Shown here in pieces: positions 46,031 to 59,050 of a DNA stretch of 64,000 bases (position 1 is the stretch's first letter; each line of letters begins with the position of its first letter). The stretch lies in the NCBI GenBank assembly GCA_964270895.1, contig OZ185436.1; one strand, 5' to 3'. Origin of the DNA: Podarcis filfolensis (taxonomy: Eukaryota). Below the pieces are notes generated by a model. The model saw only the letters and a program-made list of their open reading frames with translations, searched no databases and was not told the origin of the DNA. Position numbers and translations under genes: made by a program.

Positions 46031-48289
46031 CGTCTAAAAACTCGGGAGTGCTCCAATCGTAACAAAGCATCTTTCTATTCAGCAGCTGCTGTTTAAACTG
46101 AATTTATGCAGTTAAGCACTTAGCACCCTTGGCCTTCATTATTGTCGTTGTGTCTTTGGCGGTTCTCATCTCTCAGTAGAGGGAGTTTGAGTGGCTAACG
46201 TTTAATAGTATTTATTTTATTTAAGAAAATTTATATACTGCTTATTGTATATATATTTAAAAGACTAAAAGGGAACCTGATTGTGAAAGAAAAGGTTTTG
46301 AAATATCTGTTTGGGTCTATCATCCATTCAGAACTGAAATAACACACCCACTTCATTGGAATGTTTGCCCTGTATAATCTCTCACACCATCCAAAAGCAA
46401 GCACAGGTAAATCAATAGTGCTTCTTTCCCCATCCTCTCTAATATATAGTGTTCAAAGTGGGATTCAGAGTCACACATCTCACCTGTAGCCGGGCAAAAA
46501 TGATCACAGATTCCCCAATTTGGATGTCAGGGTAGGAAGTGGGGCAAAAAGCATCAGTCACAGAAGTTGCTGCTTTTCCCATTTCCTTGTAAATGTTTGA
46601 AACAAGTCGTGAAATTGCAATACATGCACAGTTCAGTAATGGGAGAGAAAGATAAAGGTTTCAAGTAGATTCTCAAGGCAGACAAGAAGGAACATTTCAG
46701 AAATTGGATTGAGATTGATGTGACCTTTGTGCAGGGGGAAAGAACGGCTGTGGAAGGTACAGGACTGACATTTTTCAAGATCTATTTGAATATAAAATAG
46801 TTGAGCATCTTTTAAACAGGAGTGACAAGTTTGGAATCTAATCCTATAATACATGGGACTCTGGAGGAAAGTTTGGATAACATCACCCCAGAGGATGCAT
46901 ACTTCTTTTAATAAAAAAAGTGTGGTTTTAGTTATCATATGACGTGTAGTGGAAGCCAAGGGCCTGGCCTGGTGAAAAAAGAATGGACCTGTTGTAACTT
47001 ACTGCTACCTTCTGGAATGTGTGATTTACCTGTGAACATTTGCTTCTGATCACAGTGTTAGTGTTCTTTCTCTTCTTGTGGAGAGAGTGGTTCACAGAGT
47101 CTTTGGAAGAAGATGTTAAGCTTCAGTTATAAACATGGGTATTTGGATATGTGTGATCCCCCATTATTATATCCAGGTGTTTTTACATCCAATATTTTAG
47201 GGTTGATAAATAAAGTCAGTTTTCTCCATACAAAAGCAGTCACTGTCCAGCCTTGGAATGCAGCTTGTGTGGATAAATATTTGTACATGGATCGGACTGC
47301 AGCAATTTCCATAAGCATCGTGGTTGCAACAAATTCTGTGGTCATAGAGAAAGAACTGCATTCTGTGTATAGCCCTATTCATGTTAACTTTTTCCATGCA
47401 TAATTTCAGGCACATGATGCCAAAGGCAAACTATGAATGCTTGTATTAAGGGAAATTGACTTAGTAAGCCAAGCCTTTGTTGTCAAATCTGAAATACAGA
47501 TTTTGGAAGCTTTGTTATTTATTTCTGAAGGTCCTAAGAACTGAGCAAGGTCTCTGTATAGGTAGGTAAATATAAAAGGTAGATCCTGCCTGCAGGGTTG
47601 AGGTCTAAAAGAGGAAGGGAAGAACAATGACATTTTCCCTGGAAAAGCCAAGGTACATGTGGGTCTTTTAGTGAGGAAGTGTTGTAGGAATAATAAAACA
47701 AAAGAGAGCAGTCAAGCACAGAGGTTTAGTTAGTAGGAGGTGTGGATCCCTAGTGTTAAATCTGTAGGAGTCTTTGTCTTATTTCTATGGGCTTGTGTTG
47801 CTGTTTGATTTACACCTGGTCTTACTGGTGATGTGGTCATAATCGTAAACATTAATCTGGCAGTCAGGTACAAATGTAGATTCATTCACTCATGAACTTG
47901 TTGAATGGTCAAAGGCAAGCCATGAACTCTGGGGTCCAAACTTCATGTTATGAGGATACTAAAGGCTATCACATTTCTCCATGGTAGTTTACAGTAAAAG
48001 AATACATGTATGACATGACATTGTGTTAGCTTTTATCCACCCCATGTAACTAGCAGAAGCATCCCCTTGCAGAAAGCAAGGCTTGAACTGTACTGACCAG
48101 CTGATTGGCATTGACTTCAAGCTCCACATTAATCTTTCTTTGCAGTGTGGCTTGAATTCAAGCAATAGAAAAATGGGCTTTCTGACATCATTGCCCTGTC
48201 CACCTGTCATAGTAGTCCAATTTGGGGCAGCAGAACCAGGGTCCAGTTCAGTAGCTGGAAGAGATTCCCCGTCCTGATGCAGAGCTATC

Positions 48290-48850
48290 CCTCAAAATGA
48301 GCTGGAAATGGTTCAGAAAAGGTAACCAAAATGATCAAGGGACTGGAGCAATTCCCCTATAAAGAAAGGTTACAACATTTAGGGCTTTTCGTATGGAAAC
48401 AAGGCCAGTTGTTGGGGGATATGATACAGGTGTTTAAAACTACATATAGCATTGAGAAATTAGAGATAAGTTTTTATCTCTCTCCCGTAATGTTAGAATA
48501 AAGCTGAATGTCGAAAGATTCAGGGCAGGCAAAAGAAAGTGCTTATTCACTAAGCGCATAGTTTAAACTATGGGAATAAATCCCAAGAGATGTAGTGATG
48601 GTGGCCATCAACTTGGATAACTTTAAAAGATTAGACAAAGTCGTGGAAGATAAGGCTGTCAAGGAGGTCTGTGAGTAAAGATGCCTGTGTTCTGCCTCCG
48701 GTATTGGATGCAATATGCCTCTGAATACCAGTTGTTGGGGAATAAAAAATGGGGAGGGGCTGTTGCTTTCATGTCCTGCTTGCAGGTTTCCCATGGGCAT
48801 CTAGTTGGCCACTGTGAGAACAGGATGCTGAACTAAATGGGTATTTGATC
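48290..48850 (+). mobile_element. CR1 LINE ORF2 C-terminus and 3'UTR, decayed
   Basis: KMIKGLEQFPY.ERLQHLG, gatgtagtgatggccatcaacttggataactttaaaaga and the terminal ggccactgtgagaacaggatgctg motif. Confidence 0.82.
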
Positions 48851-50059
48851 TTAACAACAGATCAAATGCTTTTTGATTGCTCCCCTGTACTTTCTATTCA
48901 TCTCGTGCAGCAGCATTTTTTAATCAGCCAAATGTAGGTAACCCCTAGAATTACATAAACTTGCACAAATATCCTTGGAGCAGTGCTCATGTGTGAAGCA
49001 GGAAGTTGCACATTTCCACTATGCTTGTGATTCAGATGTGGGATGTCCCACGTCTCTTTGTCAGGTAATACGCAACACTTAGGCTGTCTCTGCAATATAA
49101 CTGTCACAGATGAGAGAAGCCCTAGCTAGGCTGTTTGTGAAGGTCGCATGCTTTCCTTGAACTAGGCCTTGATCTGAGCATGAAAATTGTTGCAGGTAGC
49201 TGCTTATGTGAACTTGGCCCTCTGCTTTGAATAGTTACCAGGTCAGTGGATCCGTTAGACCTCTTAGTGTTATTTTGACCCAGACTCAAGGAGCTGGAGG
49301 AGGAGGAAGAGGAGAGGACAGAGGTTGAAGAAAGAGCTGTGAGTGAAGGGGGGCCCTTTCCCCATCCTTTGGGCTCTCTGGGAAGTGCAACAAACCAGCT
49401 GCACCTGGAACTGGCTGGGTATGGAGAATGCAGTTAAATGAGACACAGCTGTAGGCAGCCTGAGGAATTACCATCCAACTTGGGCTTGCCCATAAAAACA
49501 AGTCTAGAGTGAGAGACTAGGGTGATTCCCCCTGTTTCCAGGAACTCTTCTCATTGAGACTTTTGTGGGTGAGGTGAGAGTTTGTTGGACCCTGGGTGAG
49601 AACCTAAGAGGGAAGATGTGTTAGAAGGAAAATGAATTGCTATTTATTTATATACATTTGTAACCTATATTAATTAGCATTTTTATATGTAATTGTGTGT
49701 TTTTTGTAATATTTTTGTTTAAATTGTCTTTTGCTTCTTTAGTTTTCCATACACTGCTTAGAGATATTTTGAAATATATTAAGCAGTGTAGAAATTAAAT
49801 GGTCAGATTATGCTTCAGATGAGTAATTTTGAACTGTGTACATTCAGTCCTCTGACAAGTGCAGGTGAACTGTGACAATAGTACACATTGAAACAGGAGG
49901 TTTGTGATTGTGCTCCAATAGAGAAAGACATTGTATAAACCGAAAGAAACAGAAATAGCCTTTAAAAAGAAATGGAGCATAGATATGCAGCATATTTAGC
50001 TACTAACTAAAGAGCAAATTGTATTAGAGTGGATTTCCAGTGGCACTGGGCAAATGGAA

Positions 50060-50260
50060 ATCTCACAAAACTGGGGAAAGAGGTGATGGTGATGGTAGAT
50101 GCTCACATTGTAAGAGAGAAAAAGGAAAATTTATACATTTGTGGTTGGAATGTGAAAAAAACTGGAACTTTTTGGTCCAGGGTCACTAATGCCCTTAAAC
50201 AAATCTACAGAAATGAAATAATATCACATCTTTTTTTTCTTGTTGCCTTATGCTTTTTAA
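50060..50260 (+). mobile_element. L1-like ORF2 C-terminal remnant
   Basis: Frameshifted GRCSHCK...IHLWLECEK...FWSRVTNAL resembles the L1 CxxC/HxxxxC region. Confidence 0.5.
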
Positions 50261-51116
50261 AAAAGTATTCTGTATTCCAGATACCTAAATTGATGAAAAT
50301 GAAAAATAAACAATGGCCAGCCTTCTAAGAATGAGTAGTGGTTTTTTAAAAGGCTATTTTGCATTTAGGCAAAATGATGCCCTTTCTTGGGAAAAAGCAC
50401 TTCCAGGTGAGGTTCTTGACTCATCACATGGACATCTTAGTCCTGGTGTTTTTCTGCTAACATTTCTCAGGCTACTCGGGGCAAATTTTAAGGGTGAAAT
50501 TTTTAGCTAAACTTAACATATCTTTAGGAATTAAAAGTTACTGACAAAAGCTGTAAGACAGTTTGTATACTGTAGAGAAAGTACAGTTATAAACTATTAA
50601 CTGCTTGTCCCAAAAAATACTTTCTCCTCTACAAAATGAAAGTGTACTGGTACATACTGAAGTGTAATGTGAGCAAGCCAACTTCATTGCCAGGCAGCTT
50701 TCTCACAAGCCATTCCGCCCCTTAGGACAGAAGTCTGTTACTGCAGTCTAGACACTCTTCAACATTCGTTGGATGAATATACAGCTGTTTTGCTGTGTGT
50801 GCATTCAAGGACACTAAGCTAGAATAAAGGCTCTTTAATACAGGCACTCTGGTTGGAATTAATCATAGCTTCCAGGCTGTCTGAGAAGCTACAGTGACGA
50901 TTACTTCATATTTGAAGAGGTCTTCGAATATGAATGCCCATGTTAGTGAGCTTCCTAAATGTAACATATATGATTTGCTGCTAAACATACTGTGGAGATG
51001 TGGAGTCAGATCCAGAGGTTTGAATCCAGAGGACTCAAATCCTCCAGCACACTCTGCTAGAGACCACTTTTGGAAGCACTGCTGTGCATTCAGAGTGTAC
51101 CACATTACCTCTGGAT

Positions 51117-51325
51117 TGGGAGAGCTGAAGTGTTTAGAGTGCTGAACTATGACCAAGGGAGACCTGGGTTCAAATCCCCACTCTTCTGTGAAGTTCATTG
51201 GGCCAGTAACTAAATTCTCAGCCTAACCTACCTCACAGGGTTGTTGTAAGGGGGAAAATGGGAGGAGGGAGAACTTGTACACCATCTTGAATGCCTTTCA
51301 GTAAAGGTGGAATATAAATGTAATT
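51117..51325 (+). mobile_element. CORE/MIR-like squamate SINE
   Basis: ggagacctgggttcaaatccc B-box and ctcagcctaacctacctcacagggttgttgt core; a more decayed copy lies near 52170-52360. Confidence 0.75.
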
Positions 51326-52822
51326 GATAATGGTGACACAGTGGACTATATGCTCCTGATTCTTAAGGAAACTTTAGAAGCAGCCTTTGACAAAACGCAA
51401 GGATCTGCTGCAGGGAAAGGAAAGTGGGAAGACTCTCATTTACCTGTATCTGATTTGGCCAGCATTATACATTTTCAGTTTACTTTGACTCTCTTCCATC
51501 CTGGACATGAGGGCTTTTTAAAGCTTTTGGGTGACTCACAAATCACAATATAAGAGCATTGTAAGGCATGACTTAGTGCAAATATTGCAAAGAACGTCTG
51601 CAAATAGTTCCAAAGTTCAGTCTTCCTTTTACTCTCACTCTGCTACTATTCCTTTAATATTCTTTCTTAAAATGGTGTTGTTTTCTTGAGGTCTCTTGTC
51701 TTGTCATTTGGTCTTGCTGAGAAGGGCAGTGAGCAAAAGTGGTTATGAAGGATGCTTGAGAAGCTGGCCACTAACTTCATCTTCTTGACCCAGTGAGAAC
51801 TGAGCCTTTGAAATATAGGGCTTTATACTGAGGCTACACTATTCCCTTTGGTGTGTGGAGGGAAGTGTCTCAAATGTCCTTTGAGCTGAGCTGTAGCCTA
51901 TACTATAGCTTTGCTTTTCTAACAGAGAGGTGTATGCATAAGGAAAGAGAAGGACATGGAGCAAGCTGGGTAGGAAAAAATGACCATGGAGACAGGACAG
52001 GTATGTTTGACACTGAAGCCTTGGTTTTGGGATTGTGAACCCTTTTACAAAGCTGGATTTAAGGTGTCAGTCATACCCTTTAAAGCCAATACAAATTTTG
52101 TTTTAAAGTAGTTTAATTTCAGCTGCATAAATTGATTGGGAGTTTTTCTTCTTCCTACCAGTGTTGCATAGTGTTCATTTTGGAAACCCAAGCCCAGATC
52201 CCTACTTGGCTCTGTTGCTGAATGGCTTTGGAACCATCAGTGGCTCTTGGCCTAACCTACCTCATTTGAGGATAAAAATGAGAGTATTCTGTGTATGCTG
52301 GTCTGATCTCCATAGAAGCAAGAGACAAAACTGACAAGGTGGGATATAAATGCAATAAATAAGCTATTCTGCTTACCTGCTTAAGAAAGCTGGAAGGGCC
52401 AGCCAGATAGAGATGTCAGTCGCCGATCTGGCATGCAGAGATCTCCATGTGGTTGCAATTGAACCTGTGCCAGTTGCAAAATGTGCCTGGCACCTGGGGA
52501 ATTTCTAACACTAGATGTCTCTATTGCTGCCTTCGCCCACTGTACACGTGTACCTGGCTCCAACACTGAAGTCAGTGGCAAAGTCTGCTTCCATAGGAGA
52601 CTCTCATGTCTCCTGTGTATCAGTGGAACTGTTTAGGCTTAGAGCTGCTGCTGCTGCTTCTGACCCAGGCTAGGGTGTTGTTGCTTTTCTTTGGTAAGTT
52701 GTTAGTTTTTTCAGATAACTTGTTGTGTTTGCTTTAATAAGCTTGAAATCTGTATGTCGGTTCAAAAAATAATTCTGTCTTCTTTTCCTTCTGTTTCCCC
52801 ACTGTTCTAGTGAGCCCTGAAG

Positions 52823-53467
52823 ATGGCAGCAGAAGCCAATCATGTCCATTCAGGGTTTGAGATGGCAGAAGTAAATGATGGCCCACCAAACAGCCGTCGC
52901 ACGATCTGCCTAGAACGTATAGAAAAGAGCACAGACATCAAGGCACACGTGCTGAAGAAAGTGAAGAAAAAATGCACCTGCACCCCAGCTACTGCCAAAG
53001 ACCTGCTCTTCAGCTTCCTCCCAGTGCTGAAATGGCTCCCCAAGTACAACCTGAAAGAGAACATCTTGGGAGATTTAATGTCTGGCTTGATCGTGGGGAT
53101 CTTGCTGGTTCCGCAGTCCATTGCCTATTCTCTGCTGGCTGGCCAAGAACCTATCTATGGCCTTTATACGTCGTTCTTTGCAAGCCTCATTTATTTCCTG
53201 TTTGGAACTTCCCGTCACATCTCTGTTGGCATTTTCGGTGTACTGTGCCTGATGATAGGAGAAGTAGTGGACCGTGAAGTACAGAGAGCTGGGTATGATT
53301 TGGCATCAAACGTTCCTAGTAGTTATAACTCAGACATGCATCTTTCCGTAAATAACAGCACACTGGGGCCTTTGACTGTGAATGAGACATCACATTTGTT
53401 ATGTGACAGAAGTTGCTATGCAATTAGCGTTGGAGCCACGGTGACTTTTGTTGCTGGCATTTACCAG
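52823..53467 (+). CDS. SLC26A2: Sulfate transporter SLC26A2 (DTDST), first coding exon
   Basis: Acceptor ctag| at 52810; ATG at 52823 in gaagATGG context; [49 protein letters not shown]; N-glycosylation sequons NNST and NETS; ends GIYQ|gtaaga, phase 0. Confidence 0.97.
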
Positions 53468-54517
53468 GTAAGAGGTGACAATCCAAAGGGCATCTGTTTT
53501 ATAGGCTTCTTGTAGTTTTCCTCTCATTGCCTTCCAAGACGAGGTTGGTGACAGACTGGTACCAAAGTTTCAATGCAGCCTTGTAATTAAGCATATACAT
53601 GGTGATTTGGAATTTTGTTTTTGCAAGAAAATGGTTAGATTCCAATCCCCATTTAGCCCTTTACCTTGTTGGGTTGGTTCAGATGTAATGCTGAACTGTA
53701 GTTGATGGGAAATGAAAAGTTGCTACTTTGGGGCTTAAATACTGCCCCCACCTGTGACTGAGAAGAGGAGCTTGAAAGATTTTCTTCCGTTTTTAGTTTA
53801 ACTGGAGGCTACTGTGTTGTATGAACTAAACAAACTGACGAATTTTAATTATGGTTTGTTGAAACACGGCAACTTCAAACTATAGTTAAGAAGCTGACTT
53901 GTTTCAACAAACCAAATTTAAGATTAACCACAGTTTGGGATTTGGCTGTAATGTTTAGCAGTGGTTATCCTAAAATGGAAGCATACACCCCCAACCAACC
54001 CACATACCCAGACTATTTCATTACACGGGTTAACCACCACAAATCCTCAGGTCTAACACAGGCTTGAGCCAGCCAACTCATCACAAGAGTCAAAACTTTG
54101 TTGTGGCATCAGACAACTCAGATTAATATTTAATAACAGTGTAAAGACACACATAACTAAATAATATAAAATGCATTCCTTACAAGAAAATCATCAGCCC
54201 CAATTTAATATGCACATGTACATACCTATATGTGCACACTTGCCCCATATACATGGTGCTTTTTTGAAATTTTTAAATAAAATATTGGAAAGAGGAAAAG
54301 CTGCAAATCCAAAAAGGTTAATAAACAAAAGCCAAAAAGAGAAAGAAATTCTGTAAAGAACTTGAAACAAACACAAGCCAATTTTAACTGGTCCCCCATC
54401 ATAACGGATAGTTATGAACTGATACTTTCATCTGAAATAATGTATGCATTGTCTAGTCATACTCTTCCATCCTGTGTTGCAAAATTGTCTTCTGATCTTT
54501 GGTGCATTTCTTTTCAG

Positions 54518-56023
54518 GTTGCCATGGGCTTCTTCCAAGTTGGCTTTGTCTCTGTGTACCTCTCTGATTCCTTGCTCAGCGGATTTGTTACAGGTGCTTC
54601 CTTCACCATCCTTACCTCACAAGCCAAATACCTCTTGGGCTTAGACATTCCCCGTAGCAACGGCATTGGTTCCTTGATAACCACTTGGATGAACATATTC
54701 AGAAACATCCACAAGACCAACTTCTGCGATCTCATCACCAGCTGCTTGTGCCTTCTTGTTCTTATCCCAACTAAAGAGCTGAACGAGCGATACAAATCCA
54801 AACTTAAGGCGCCCATGCCCACTGAGTTGGTGGTGTTAGTGGTAGCCACACTGGCATCTCATTTTGGGAAGCTAAAAGAGAAGTATGGCTCCAGTGTTTC
54901 TGGGCATATTCCTACTGGGTTTTTGCCACCGCAATCGCCAGACTGGAGTCTGATTCCCAGTGTGGCTTTGGATGCAGTGGCCATAGCCATTATTGGCTTT
55001 GCCATCACAGTTTCTCTCTCTGAGATGTTTGCCAAGAAGCATGGCTACACAGTTAAACCCAACCAGGAAATGTATGCCATTGGTTTCTGCAACATCATCC
55101 CTTCTTTCTTCCATTGTTTCACTACTAGCGCAGCCCTTGCCAAGACACTTGTCAAAGAGTCGACAGGCTGCAGGACTCAGATCTCTGGTGTGGTGACTGC
55201 CTTGGTCATCTTGTTAGTCCTCCTTGTGATTGCTCCCCTGTTCTATTCCCTCCAGAAATGTGTGCTAGGGGTCATTACCATTGTCAATCTCAGAGGAGCC
55301 TTGCGGAAATTCAGTGACCTGCCCAAAATGTGGCGGTTAAGCAAAGTGGACACATTGATCTGGTTCGTCACCATGTTATCTTCAGCACTGATAAGTACTG
55401 AACTTGGCCTTCTGATTGGGGTCTGCTTTTCAATGCTGTGTGTCATTGTGAGGACGCAGAGACCAGAAGGGCACTTACTGGGCTGGGTTCCAGAATCTGA
55501 AGTCTATGAACCCCTTCCTGAATATAGGAACCTTCAGATGAAACCAGGGATCAGGGTTTTCCGTTTTGAAGCACCCATCTACTACGCTAACAAAGAGAGC
55601 TTCAAGTCCATGCTGTACAAGCAGACTGGAGTCAACCCTCTGTGGGAGTTGGCAGCAAAGAGAAAAGCGGAAAAGCGAAAGCTTAGTGAGAAAATGGTCA
55701 ATGCCAACGGAAACCAGGCAGAGGTCTCAGTACAGCTTGTCACTCACCCACTGGAGTTTCACACTATAGTGATTGACTGCTGTGCGGTGCAGTTCTTAGA
55801 TACAGCAGGGATCCACACGCTCAAGGAGGTTCACAAGGATTATGGGGAAATTGGCATCCAAGTGCTGCTGGCTCAGTGCAGTCCCTCTGTGAGGGAATCC
55901 CTATACCGAGGGGAGTACCTTAAAAAGGGGGAGGAACAATTCCTCTTCCATAGTGTGCACCAAGCTGTGGAATACGCATTTTGTGCTCACGGGAAGCATG
56001 GGCTCTGCGCCTCCGAAAGCTAA
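54518..56023 (+). CDS. SLC26A2: SLC26A2 second coding exon (transmembrane core + STAS domain)
   Basis: ttttcag|GTTGCC; [60 protein letters not shown]; TAA at 56021-56023; total 716 aa. Positions I recall as human disease residues R279 (PRSNG here) and C653 (IDC here) are retained. Confidence 0.97.
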   Translation, partial: VAMGFFQVGFVSVYLSDSLLSGFVTGASFTILTSQAKYLLGLDIPRSNGIGSLITTWMNIFRNIHKTNFCDLITSCLCLLVLIPTKELNERYKSKLKAPMPTELVVLVVATLASHFGKLKEKYGSSVSGHIPTGFLPPQSPDWSLIPSVALDAVAIAIIGFAITVSLSEMFAKKHGYTVKPNQEMYAIGFCNIIPSFFHCFTTSAALAKTLVKESTGCRTQISGVVTALVILLVLLVIAPLFYSLQKCVLGVITIVNLRGALRKFSDLPKMWRLSKVDTLIWFVTMLSSALISTELGLLIGVCFSMLCVIVRTQRPEGHLLGWVPESEVYEPLPEYRNLQMKPGIRVFRFEAPIYYANKESFKSMLYKQTGVNPLWELAAKRKAEKRKLSEKMVNANGNQAEVSVQLVTHPLEFHTIVIDCCAVQFLDTAGIHTLKEVHKDYGEIGIQVLLAQCSPSVRESLYRGEYLKKGEEQFLFHSVHQAVEYAFCAHGKHGLCASES

Positions 56024-57689
56024 TTTCACTAAAGAGTGAATGGTGAATATTAGCCAAATTCAGGTAATGGCAGACGTGTGTGAGAGAGATGATGCTGGGC
56101 ATACACTCGCACAGAAGTAAAGGGCTAATTATTTTATTCATACGGTGTGGGATCATACAAGAAGTTTTGATGCTTTAATTTTGCTCTGTTGGACACAACA
56201 TTAAGAAGGTGAGAGGCAAGGTGGATTATTATGTCTACAAGCTCTCGTGACAGACAAGCAGAACAAATACTCTTTAACACCAGATGTGCCTCATAGTCAC
56301 ACCCCCTTCTCCTTTTAGTGTTTTCATGTCCCCAATTTTTCACCTCGCCTTGAAGCCCACTTTGGTGTGTGAAAATAGTGCTGCCATTCTGGGTGGTTCC
56401 CCCCGCCTTGAAATAATAAATATGGTTTGGATCCTAAACAACAGGAAGTTAATGGAAGGAAGGTTTTCGGTCCTTTTTGCTTAGCTACAGAGGGTCAGGA
56501 GCCCCTTCTGAACAAAGTAGATGAGGTACTGAGGGCTGCTGGGGAAGGATAGAATATTTTAAGATTGAGTGGAAATCTGCCCAATATGAGGTGATTCTCC
56601 CCTCCCTCAGCAGGCTCTCACATTATTCAGGAGGATCCCCAGATACTGTGAGGAGGTTTTTTAGGGGGCCCAGGCAGTAGCAAGGCGGAAGATGGAATAG
56701 GGAACTTTCGTTCCATTCACTTACCTTAAAATCTAAGCTTGTGCCATTTGATCAAATTTGTATTTTCAACTAATCATTCTGGGGAGAGCAGTTGCTTGCT
56801 GACTTACCCCTTGATCTGTTCGATAAGTTACTGGGGAAAAAATATGTGTCCTGTTCTAACCTGTTGATAAGAAAATGGTCAAAACTTTCTGCTGTTTAAA
56901 GCCAATCATAAGTGCCTTTACTAGGACTGTAAACAATGGAAAGAACATGTTGTTAGCTGTTTCATAACTGAGGGTTCTGGTTGTGTCATTCATAGTGTAT
57001 GAAACAACCTGGATACTTAATCAACTTCTCAGACATTCCTTTGGTAAATAAAGCAGTGGCCCTTCTATTAAGAAAACCAATGGATGATGGCTGCAGGGTA
57101 ATCAGAGCAGGTTATAGGACATTTTGTAAACAGTCTTTTCTTTGTCAGTTAACTGCTATTACATAATGCATAAAGTAAACAGTTCTACAAGGATAGAGTT
57201 TCTTTGCACTTTTTATTGTTCATGACCCAAATGTCTTTGCAGAAATAAAATCAGTTGGTTGTTTCCAAGTTGTTGCAGGTTAGGTATGTAAAATATAAGC
57301 AAATGAGAATGAAATAAAAAAACTTTCCCGCCACTTTTAAGTTAAATATTTATTTCCATCACGTGTTAGTGGTGGTGGAGCTGTTTAAATACTGGATTGG
57401 GAATGTGCAAGTTCAGTTGCAATGAGGGGTTTTGTTTTGTTCTGGAGGGAGGATAATCTTGCACAATTAAAAACAAAAACAAATTAGGGATTTATGAGAC
57501 TGAGGAAAGGGAAAGCTGAACATAGTCAGCTGTTCTGATTTCTACTAGTATAGAGAAATACCAGGTACAATCCCATGGATAGAACATATTGGACGAGAAG
57601 AAAATTTTAGAAGAGAGATATTGAAGGCACAATTAGGAATCATTCGAGTGAGCAAGAAAATAGGTAGGGAGACGTATTCCCCTTCTTCA

Positions 57690-58135
57690 AAAGGGGTGAA
57701 AATAGTTCTAGGTTGCACTATTCTGCTTTGTCCAGACATTACCTGGAATACGGTGTCTCATTCTGGGCACTGCAATTTAGGGATATTGACAAATGAACAT
57801 GTCCAGAGAAGGGTGGCAAAGATGGTGAAGTGAAGGGCCTGGAGACTAAGTCCTATACAGAGAGATTGAAAGAGTTTGGTGTCTTTGTCTGGAAAAGAGA
57901 TGTTTAAGAGGTTATATGATAGCCACTTTCAGATACATGAAGGGCTGTTGTGTAGATAATGGAGCAGACTTCTTCCTGAAGTAGGACCTGAAGCAAGAAG
58001 TTCAAATTTCAAGAAAAAGAATGTAGACGAAACATTAGGAAGAACTTCTTGATGGTATGATCTCTTCAGCAGGGGAATAGACTGTATTGATGGATTCTCA
58101 TGAGAGCTCTTTAAGCAGAAGCTGGATAGCCAACT
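57690..58135 (+). mobile_element. CR1 LINE ORF2 fragment, decayed
   Basis: YSAL.R.YLEYGVSFWA...VQRRVAKMV.GLETKSY.ERLKE motifs. Confidence 0.8.
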
Positions 58136-58999
58136 GGCTTAATTCCCCTGAGATAAAAAGGGCTAAAGTGGTTTAGGAAAGCCATCTGTGGATGCTGACA
58201 GTTCCTTCTTGTGACACCATTTCCTTTTCTTCATAGGAATATAATTTCCGTTAACTTGGTGAGGGAAACATCAGTTATTTGATCTCTGTGTCATAGGGGC
58301 TCCCCCTTCAGGAGGTTTTGTAATAAAAAGAAGTAACACATACACAACATATAACCCTTGCTGTAGTTTCCCACCATGTTTACCAAATTCATACAGAAGT
58401 TTGATGTTTAAGGTAGGATAGTGACCTTTTCCCAACAGTGGAGTTGTGTTTTTATGGCTGCACTGCAGACAGGAATTCCAAAGTTGAGACATTTCCCTCC
58501 AAGGGATGTGAGCGTATTTTGCCAGTCACTTTGTGGAAACAGGTATACATATGTACAACTCTTTCCCATGCTTTGTATAGAAGTATGAGAATCGTATGCA
58601 GGAGTGCACCAGTAACTTCTGAAACTTAAGATGAGAAGTAGTTGCAAGGCAGTAGTGCATCTGTCTTCCATAAATCAGGACTGGACTTTGGTAATATGGC
58701 ACCCTGAGTGAGGGCAAAATGTGGCACCCCCCTAAATTGCCCCCCCCCTCACAACTCAGTCGCCCGTTTGACCAGGGCCTAACTTTGTGTAGATATCTGT
58801 AAAATTGAGTTGGTGGTGTTGTTGCTCTCCCCTTGGCTTGGTGTCCTATGCAGGGGAACTGCCTGCACCACCCTAAATCCAGCACTGCATAAAAGTGCTC
58901 TGCAGGTTTACATACTGCATTCAGGAGTAAAGAAGTCCAGCAGAACAGTTGATGGATTTCATTTAACTCTCACCATTAATTCCATTAAAATTTGTGGAA

Positions 59000-59001
59000 T
59001 T

Positions 59002-59049
<48 letters not shown>

Positions 59050-59050
59050 T
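59000..59050 (+). repeat. (TTTC)n microsatellite
   Basis: Seen directly. Confidence 0.95.

Noticed and set aside
54362-54517. 52-codon N-terminal extension of the 553-aa SLC26A2 ORF
   Set aside because: Intronic; a strong acceptor at 54517 restores the conserved YQ|VAMG junction.
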